Assembly (NCBI RefSeq): GCF_009834535.1
Contig: NC_045697.1
Span: 70,992,001 to 71,056,000, forward strand
Length of the DNA stretch: 64,000 nucleotides
Reading direction: 5' to 3'
Source of the DNA: Camelus ferus
Lineage: Eukaryota
The first letter of the stretch is position 1. Each line of letters opens with the position of its first letter. The notes beneath the pieces were generated by a model. The model was not told where the DNA came from. It saw nothing but the letters and a program-made list of their open reading frames with translations, and ran no database searches. Of the stretch, positions 54,711 through 64,000 are shown piece after piece. Both the position numbers and the translations under genes were made by a program.

Positions 54711-57117
54711 TCTTATTCTTCTTATTATATGCTACTTACAGGAATAAAGCAAAAGCATCTGTATAGCATGCTATCCCAACTGAAGGGAAATATTTGCATT
54801 TACTGAATATATCATTACCAACCTAAGACTTTAAGAAAATATACCAGTATTACTCAAGGTGACCATGATAATGATAATGATATAGGAAATCACAGCCACA
54901 GATTAATTCCACATATTGAAGAGTCCTGGTTAGAAAAGGCAGAGAAAGGGGATGTTCTGCTGAAATCTCCCTGTAGATAATTTTAGCTATTTATCTCAGA
55001 GAGGTAAATAAAAACCAATAAAAACCTCCTAACTTCAAGTTCTCTTTAACCTTAAGTGTCTACCTAAATTGTCTACATAAGTTTCTTTTCTACCATCTCA
55101 CATTAATAATAAAAAGAGTTAATACTAAGAGTTTTGTTCATAGTTTGCTTTGCTCCTTCACAGATTCTTATATTCCATACCATTTCCTGGTAAATTGTCC
55201 TACGTTTAATAATCATTATAAAGAAATTATCTTCCCAGGGTGTGCAATTCTACCAATACTCCTCAGGCTAAAGAACAAAAAATGTTTATTAAATTAATCA
55301 AGAAGTGAAAAAATTTTGGTGTGGTGTATCTTACTTACTGTTTTGTTTTAGAAGTTGGGAAGGAAGAACAAAGTACCTGACCTCCAATTTGTTAGCAAAT
55401 ATAAAATAACAGAATGTTACCATGCATATGTATTTACATTTCCTATAGTGAAATAAGTGATCTGGGCAAACAGTTGCTCAAGACCAATCAAGAGGATCTT
55501 TAGATTTGAGACAATGACAGGAAAAAAAAGTAAGGGTTGGGGGAACTCTTGCCATTGGATAAAGTCTCTGGATTAATTTTATCCAATTTGTAAGGCAACA
55601 AGCAATCATATTTATGGTGGTGGTTGCGAACATCCCCAAAATGCTTTAAAAATGTTTATGTCAATGCTAAAGGGCATGCCCATGCCTAAGACAAGGCTCA
55701 GACTCCATAGAAGTGGCCATTACATGTGGGTGCCTTTGCAGGGAAGTAACACGCAGGAGAGGTACTCAGGGTTGCCTGGGCACCGATTTTCCTCCCTTCA
55801 GAAGACCAACTCCCTTCCCTCCCCGACCCCTTCCATCCAGGTTACGTGTCCCATCTAGCTGGTTCTTATTTGGCTCCTGAACTAGGCAGGGATCAGCTAT
55901 CTCTAAGTTTGTGGAAGTTACTCCAGCACAGTGAAACAAGCTTCCAGTGTGCAAGAACTATGATGCAGCAGGGAATGAGATGCTCAGGCCTGGCAACACC
56001 GCGCTGCATTGATGGTGGTGTCACTGAGGGCTGAGAGCTCTTGCTGGAAGTCGGGGCTCCAAGGCAAGCTGGCTTCAGACATGCTGTATTTGCTCCTATA
56101 ATTCACATAATGACTGCCAACAGATTCCTACCTGGGTTCGTTACATTAACAATTCAATCCTCCCTTACAATGGTATCTTCCTGCCAAGTCATACGTTATC
56201 TTTTAATTTATAAACGGTGTCTTCCTGAAGCCCCTGACTACTTCTTGATTGGGAAATATTTGAGGATGTTGAAAATGTCAAATTTTGGTAAGACTAAAAT
56301 GCTTTTTATAAGTAATTCTATCAAGTTGCCTAGTTTAAAGTCCAAAACATCATGATATGGCTTTTTCTACCAAAAAGGGTAGATAGACTTTTGCAAAAAA
56401 AAAAAAACAAAACAAAATTCCAGTAAAGAATGCTTTTCTTGTCTATCCCTGAAATCTCATCTACAATCTCTCTTTTCCTTAACCTGCTTTAACACTGAAT
56501 TGACTTTTTTTTCCTGATTGTCATTTTTAATCTCTGGTGTTGATTGTTACAGCAGTTTGGCTACCATTTAGATTCTCCTCTCAAATCCAAAATATATTTC
56601 ATTTAATAAATTTTACTTAATTAATTTTACTGTCAGTAACTTTTCTTAGAACTGAGTGGTATACCCCTGGTATATATATTTATATTTCTCTGTATCTGTA
56701 TCTTTAACCTATCCATCTAGCCACCCACCCATCCATAAGAAAACTCACGACTCATCTGAACTACAAAGAACAGCCCCCACATGAAGATCTACTGTAATTT
56801 ACTTTATATTTTTTTGAAGCACATGAAAAATACCAGAGAGACAAAAGACTTAAATGTTTACATCAAGGCTTGAAACACTTTTTTTTTTAGAGGTTTAGTA
56901 GGTTTTGGCCAAACTGAATTGTATAAACACTGCATTTTTTAACACTCAGATATTTTACTCTAAAATTACTTACATGTCACTACCTCAGTGAAATGCTTTT
57001 TGTTCCCACAAACTAATTTCCACTCTTACCTCATACCACTCTTTTCTTTGTGGTATGTGATTTTGCAAATATATTTAAATAATTATCAGGGGGGAATTCT
57101 TTATTAACCATTTATCA

Positions 57118-57233
57118 CACTACCAGATTATAAACTCCACTAGAGAAAAGATCATATCTGTCTTGTTTATTTTATATCCCCAGCACCTTGGATGGTGCTT
57201 GGTATATAGTAAGTTCTCAATAAAAGTTTGTTG
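57118..57233 (+). mobile_element. LINE-2 3' terminus
   Basis: agattataaactcca...tctgtcttgttt...tatatccccagcacct...gtgcttggtatatagtaagttctcaataaa..tttgttg. Confidence 0.7.
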
Positions 57234-60200
57234 CATTTTGAGAAGTGGATGAGGCTGAAGTCACTTTCGCAGGTGGAGAATTATTTAAAAAAAAAGAAGT
57301 GGCAGCAGCTACATGCCATCACTGCATTTTTCTTCTGTGTAGTGTGTCTGAATAATTGTGAAACAGCTTTTCCCTCAGGGCTGCAGATTCACAGGAGAAA
57401 AACAATTCAGAGGTGCTAAGTGCTCTGCAAATGTTTAACTCCAACTGGGAAAGGGTATCAGCACTGGGACAACAGTAATTTAAAGGGAGATAAAGCTCTG
57501 AAGGTCAATAATGATAGGGTACTTTCGGGCACTGTCTTGCCATTAATTCCCAGAAAGAAAATGCTTCAATTAATGCACGTATTGACTGCCAACCCTGTAC
57601 AAGGCATGCTACTTGGCTTTACAATGTGTATCAAAAAGCCCCTTGATTCAAACTAATTAGAATCTGATTGGGAAGTTATAGGAATGCCTGGAAAAGCTAA
57701 CTAGAAAAAAAAGTAAATACTAAGTATAAGGGCATTTGATTGGTACTGCAGGTGTTCAGAAAAGGACTACCAATGGACAGACTGGAGGGGGGTCTAGTCC
57801 ATTTCAACGAGCAGAGAAGACTGAGACAAGTATTCTAGATACAGATGCAAAGTGGGCGGGCAAAGAAGTGGAGAAAAGGAAAGCCCAAAGTGGTTCAGAG
57901 CAAGAAATAAATAAATTTGCCTGAAGTAAAGGGTTCACCCAGAGAGACAGGTCGCAAATGCAGATTGTTGATCCATAAAGTAAAATTGTAACTAAGAAGC
58001 TGAAGAGGAGTATTCTCCTGTCAGCTTCTGGGAAGCCCCAGACTGACACGTGGCATAATTAGGGCAACATAAAGTAGTCAATGACGATAATACGTTAATA
58101 TTGCACAACATTTTGTTTCAAAGCAATCCCATCCACGATTCACAAACAAAAATCCTTTTTCTCATTTTACAGAGCTGTCACCATCCATCAACACATTCAG
58201 GTGAGCTGTGATTCGGAGCTCCACCTTTCGCCCTGGCATTTTGCGAGAGGAAGCAGGAGTTGTCAGAGTGAGGAAACTGAAGCAAGAAGATGAGCGGGTT
58301 GTTCAGTCAGCCCGGAAAGGATTAGAACTGAACGAATTAAAGTGGGTCAGGGATTGATGTTGGAGAAGGGACACTCACGGTCCTCAGAGTGTCCTGAAAG
58401 CTGCTTTGAATTGCAGGCAAGTATGAACTACTAATCAGAACTACTGGATGTGTAAACACGAAGTTGATCACACAACTATTCTAAGTTTTAAGATGGCAGA
58501 ATAAACCTATTTTTTCTCATTCATTCATTTTGCTAGGGAGCTATCACTGTTGCCTTAATTCACAGGAGCTTTAAAAATCAAATCATACTCTACTAGGTTA
58601 TAATTCCAGAGGACTTTATGGTTATCTGTTTCAAAGAATCAAATGGTTAATTCAGAGACTCTTCCCGGCTGTTTCTTTCCACTGATTGTGTTTTGAAGGT
58701 GCCTGCAATCTAGTTTCATTGCACTGCCTTTTAAAATTCTCATTAACATTTATTTTATTCAAATACAGTAATCCTCGCTTCAGCAGTGAATAGCTAACTC
58801 CCACTCCCACACGCTACGATGTTAGCATCATAGCTTTAAAGTGCTTCAGAGATTTTGTACAAAAGTCTTTTGAAATCACGCTCAAACTGAAGACTATATC
58901 TTTCTTCTTCCTATCAGTTTATCTTTTTCTCTTGGGAGACTTTTTTTCTTTTAGGAAATGGTTCTCAAATTGAAATGCTTCTATCCCCTCCCTGAGAGAC
59001 TGTGATCTACCCTAAAGGCAAGAGTGAAGACAGCAAGGCACTGATGTCTACTGTTTTTTTTTTTAAGTTCATACCTTGTTAAATCAGAACTACAGACAAA
59101 GAAGCATCTTATGTGAGAAATAGCTACTGGTCTCAAGCAAAATTGCATCACCCAGCCTACGACGGGTGGATGGAAAATGTCCAGGTCTGTTTCTATGGAG
59201 TGAAATCGCAATTCTCTCCCTTTTTTTTTTTTTTTTTTTCCTGTTTTGACCATTGTTTTTTTAATTGTTAAAAAACTTGTAAGTGTAGTACATGCTACTT
59301 AGTAATCAGTCTCCTTCAAGAAAATAACTCTTTTGGGCACTCCCTTTACCAGGTGTAACAGAAGAAAAAGTTTAATACCATAAAACAATAAAAACATCAG
59401 TGTCCATGTTTTATATACTTTTGGTAAATAACTGGATGACGGTGGGACATGCAAGGTAACCTACTGAGTTTGTGCATTCCCTGCAGGTACCACGGGGGAC
59501 TTTTTGGTACAAGATGGAGAAGCCTCTCCCAGCGAAGGAAATTAGCTCTTATTGATTTTATACAAAAGGCACCAAGACGGAGATTTTGTTTGGGGGGAAA
59601 AAGTGTTTGCTGCTTAAAAATAAAAAAGTTTCAAAAACACTGGCCATGACTTTATTTTTCCCTCTTTCTAATCAAATATGAACCATTCTTCAATGTCCAG
59701 ATCATATTTTTATCTTAAACAAGGCCTTCTCTGACCATTCTAGAAAATCAGCCCTTGTCCAGTGTACGTGGTGTTTGACTCTTAGTTTTACTTAGTGACA
59801 CTGTGTCTTGTATTTTCATTAAATCATCCAGATGTCTAACTTTTGTCAACTAGCTTATAAGCACTTGGTATGGTGGGAACATGTTTTATTTGATTTTGCA
59901 TGCTTCTTGCCAGAGAACCAGGGACAGCACCTCTCTTTTAGGAACTAGGCGGCAAGAAAGGGGAGACAACTACCCCTCAAGCCCTGCCCTCTGCGGATGG
60001 GGCAGACACTGCACTGTGCCTACTGATAACCGTGCCCCACGGCCACAGAGGAGGGCACACCAATGGCAACGGAGCACATGGTTTGGCTGCAGCAACTCCA
60101 GCCAGCAGGGGTCCCTCTCTGGGCTAAGGGGGCGGGGGCTGGACTCTGTAGGACAGCGCAGCTGTGTCTGGGGAGAGGCAGAGATGGGGAAGTGAAGCAG

Positions 60201-61251
60201 CACGGTGATGCCACGTGGTCTGTCCTTTGGAGAGGGCTCCCTGACAGATCCAGAAGGTACAGGGGTCAGGGTCCAGCCTGGAGCAGGAGGAGGTGAGATG
60301 AGCGAAGCAGGAAATCAGGGCACAGGCAAGGGGAGGCCCACTTCTCACGGGGACAGTGGAGTACATGAGGGAACTGAAGGTAATGATCTAGTCTTAAGGA
60401 CTGAGGACACCCAACAGGGGCTTGGGAAGGCAGTCGGGACACCAGCTCATGATAGGAAGCCAGCTATCACAACTCGCTTAGGCAGGGAAATAGCTCCTAA
60501 CCCGAGGAGTTTTCAGACTGGTTCAGAACTGAGGCTGCCTTTTCCTGCTTCTCCTGGGCTATATTTGACCTCACATATATATTATCTGATTGGTGTCTCT
60601 CTTTCTGTTTCATTTCTCCTAATCTCACAAAGTCACACTCAGATATGCTGCGTACTACACTATCCAGACCAATGCCAACTAGGGTGAATGACTTTTTCAC
60701 ATTTTATCACTCATTCTGCTACCGCTGTAACACCTCACATTTCCCAATACAGAGATGCCCTTTATGGAAGAAAACAATGTATCCCCTGCTCCTCCTCTCT
60801 TCCCTATAGTCAGTGAATAATGCCGTCTTGTTTCCTGGTCTCTTTCAGACAGACAGGTAAGGCATCGAGAAGCGAAGTACAGGATGCTGCACCAGGTGAT
60901 GTGGGTTTGATCCCAGTTCATCCCCATCTAACTGAGAGACTGAGGGCAAGGCAACTACCCTAGAGACTCACTCTGTATATTAATAGTGGGCTGTGGGGGG
61001 CAAATGATTATTACTTTACAGTTTAATTGAATTAAAAAAAAATAAATATGTACTTGCCTAGCACAGGGTCTGACCCATGGTAGGTGCAGAATAAATGAAA
61101 TTTGAATTTGAATTTCAAGCTATAGCTTGTTTTCCTTGATCCTTTACATGCACAGTCACACTGTTCTTATTTAAATCCCTATCCTGCTTAAGAAGCATGA
61201 TTTTGGATTATTTTCAATTATTTTTTCTTTTAAAGCCTGTATCCATCAGAG

Positions 61252-61355
61252 CAGTGACTGTCAACTCTGCTATACATTAGAATCTCCTGGGGAACAGTTA
61301 AAAAATAACAGCGCCTGGGTCCCACCTCTGACCAACTGAATCTGCAGTTCTGAAG
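61252..61355 (+). mobile_element. MER5-like hAT-Charlie relic
   Basis: cattagaatctcctggggaa...aaaaata..gcgcctgggtcccacc...accaactgaatc. Confidence 0.6.
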
Positions 61356-61463
61356 ATGATCACAACATTTGCATCAAACAATAAATGAAAAAGTAGGAAG
61401 AAAAAGAATGATTAAAAACGTTTAATTCAAATCAAACCAAAATAGAACTTAAGAATTATTTCA

Positions 61464-61640
<177 letters not shown>

Positions 61641-64000
61641 TCAAAACAAGGCTAAGTATGGAAAAATGATGGTATCAAATTATAGATTTAGAAATAGAAA
61701 ATTAAAATTAAGTTTGGTCATTCAAAGAGAATTCAATTATATAACATTAAATAAATTTTTCTCTTTAAAGTCTGCTATACACAGACATGAGTTCATTTCA
61801 GGGTGACAATGAAAACATACAGTCATATGTACAATTTCCAAATGGGTCTTTTCTAAGTTTAGCAGACCCAGGGGAGGGTGGAGTTCAGTGAAAAATCATA
61901 ATTCATTTTGAAGTGCCCAATAGAGAGGACAAAAGCTACTTTTTGCACCCAGATTCTGTACCTAACATGTTTTTCAGAAGTTTGTCAATATTTCTACCAT
62001 AAAAAGACTACATAAACAGAGCAATATGAGTTACCACTCATAACCAGGCTGATTATCCTATTTATCTACAATATTCTATTATGGTTCTATAAACCCATTT
62101 TGCCTGGACTAAGTGATTTGCTTTTCAAAGGATGTCTGGTTAAATCTATGGGTTTTACGAACTGAAATTGTTTCTATTTTAGAATTTTATTTATTACCAA
62201 TCTCTTCTGGTGTCTGTAGGTCAAAGATTATTGTCCCAGCAGGGTAACATTTAATCAATCAGTAGTGAAACCTCTGAAAGATCTTTGGAAATAAACCAAC
62301 AACCCAGTGACTTTTCTTCCACTGAAACAAATGTAGGACTCTAGTCCTCAAATAATCAAAAAAATACAAGAGATTCTGTTCTTTTCCATCAAGGCGAAAA
62401 GGTAGCTCATGAATTCTATATGAGAGCCTTCAGGAATATCAGTTTAGAAGAATTCCTAACGTGCCAAAATTTCATCATTCCTTAGTTCTTCTGTGTTACT
62501 TATTTCTGGCAGATCAACAAACCTAATTTAGCTGGATTCTAAATGTGCCTCAAATAGTATCTTTAGAGAGAGAAATAGCCACCTTAAATTTCATCATTTT
62601 ACAAATATTTTGATACTACTTTTCCAGAAGAAAAACCATCCCCTTAAAAGTCTTTTGAAATGTCCCAGAAGCATTTATTCTGCTTATGGAAGTGAACTTC
62701 GCTGGGGGAAAAAAATCAGAACGTGAAAGGTAGTAACAACACTCTTAATCTTAGTATCTTGACTTTGTAAAACTGTGGTCAACAATGCCTACTTGACAAC
62801 AAATAGAAACAAAGAATCTGGATAACATAATCTCAATTTTCCCCAATGAATCAATCAACTGCTCATTTTAAACAAATATATTTGTTGATTTTAATTGATG
62901 CACTGAATCATTTTCAACTAAGCAGATGATTTCAGGTCTCTAGTGGGATTAAAATAAATCTGCTTAACATATTCAGTTAGGACAGTCAGCCAAAAAACAA
63001 TGGTGACACCACTGCCCTGAAAAGTGAAAAAAAAAAAATTATTTGAGGACCTGATTGGCTGGGAATTTCAATCGGTTACTTCAAACATCAGCTACAAGAG
63101 CACTGAGCACACCATACTGAATCAGTCCAGACTTGCTGACTGACTGCTTGAAAAAGCTAATTGTGAAAAAAACTTAGGATCTGCCTCGATTCAGAGTCAT
63201 CACAGGCATGGGCTTACTTTGCAATGCAGGCGTCTAAATTCCCAATTTCAGTACACAAGTTATAAAAAGAAATGTTCCTCCTTTTCAGAATATTTAGAAT
63301 ATGAAGGAATGAGTTTAAACGTTTGAACGCAAAATAACGCCTTTCAGTGAGCCTCCTGGGAAGGGTATCGGACTTCAAATTCTAAAATTAATTATGCCTA
63401 TTTCTCCCCATGCCTATATCCTTAATACAGACTTAATGCACCATCAAGGTGCATATCTGATATTTTCTAGGTTTCAAAATCCTTAAAATCGGTCTATGTT
63501 TTTAAAATTTACCAGATATTACAAAATCATGTCATGCATTTGTTATTTGGAATATGGGCTTTTTTCCCTCATCATTTCAATGTCTGCTTTTGTCCTTTAA
63601 AACTTCACAGGGATCAGGAACGATACTCTTTAAACAAGAGTACAACATGCAGTATCTGTGAAATATTTATGTTTTTTTGTGTAATTCTCATTCACATTGC
63701 CAACCAAGACTGAAAGTGGCTGTGATTTACTCACTTATGGGACAGTGGTAAGAGCAGGAATTGAAAGAAATGAAAAGAGGTGGCCTCACAGTGCTTAAGA
63801 CAGCCAGGTGAAAATCCTACCTGCTGAAGCTAAAAATGGAGGAACTCTGAAGGGGACTTTATGACACATCTGTAGCCACTCATTCCCTAGGACCATGCCA
63901 TATCTGTGTCACCAGAAGGCAACTTTTAGATCTAACTCCTTCAGGGATAGTGCCTGGGAAAAGCGAACCTCCACAGTGGAGCGCATGAGGGAGTTGTGAC

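Noticed and set aside
60107..60140. G-run cluster, possible G-quadruplex
   Set aside because: It is a single motif with one long loop, lies on the template strand (C-rich in the pre-mRNA) and has no supporting context.

Overview
Mammalian, AT-rich genomic DNA. It is probably camelid, inferred from a Vic-1-like tRNA-derived SINE. The window holds the 3' part of PPP3CA (calcineurin A alpha catalytic subunit) on the minus strand. Seven coding exons were read directly, each with canonical GT/AG borders and compatible phases: 61526-61620, 45033-45158, 42062-42136, 23713-23797, 18715-18812, 15691-15720 and 12316-12512 (exons 8-14 by human numbering). A ~2.4 kb 3' UTR ends near 9880. Positions 1-9880 are downstream intergenic DNA rich in old repeats, and the introns contain LINEs, MIRs, DNA-transposon relics, a solo LTR and microsatellites. 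Almost all ORF-track entries are spurious. The standout unexplained structure is a 528-bp, ~97% identical inverted duplication inside the intron between exons 9 and 10 (42676-43203 and 44383-44910, with a 1179-bp spacer). I do not recognise it as a transposon. It contains a 238-bp perfect core and could form a very long pre-mRNA duplex or an invertible segment. Repeat family names come from recalled consensus motifs, not from a database search.
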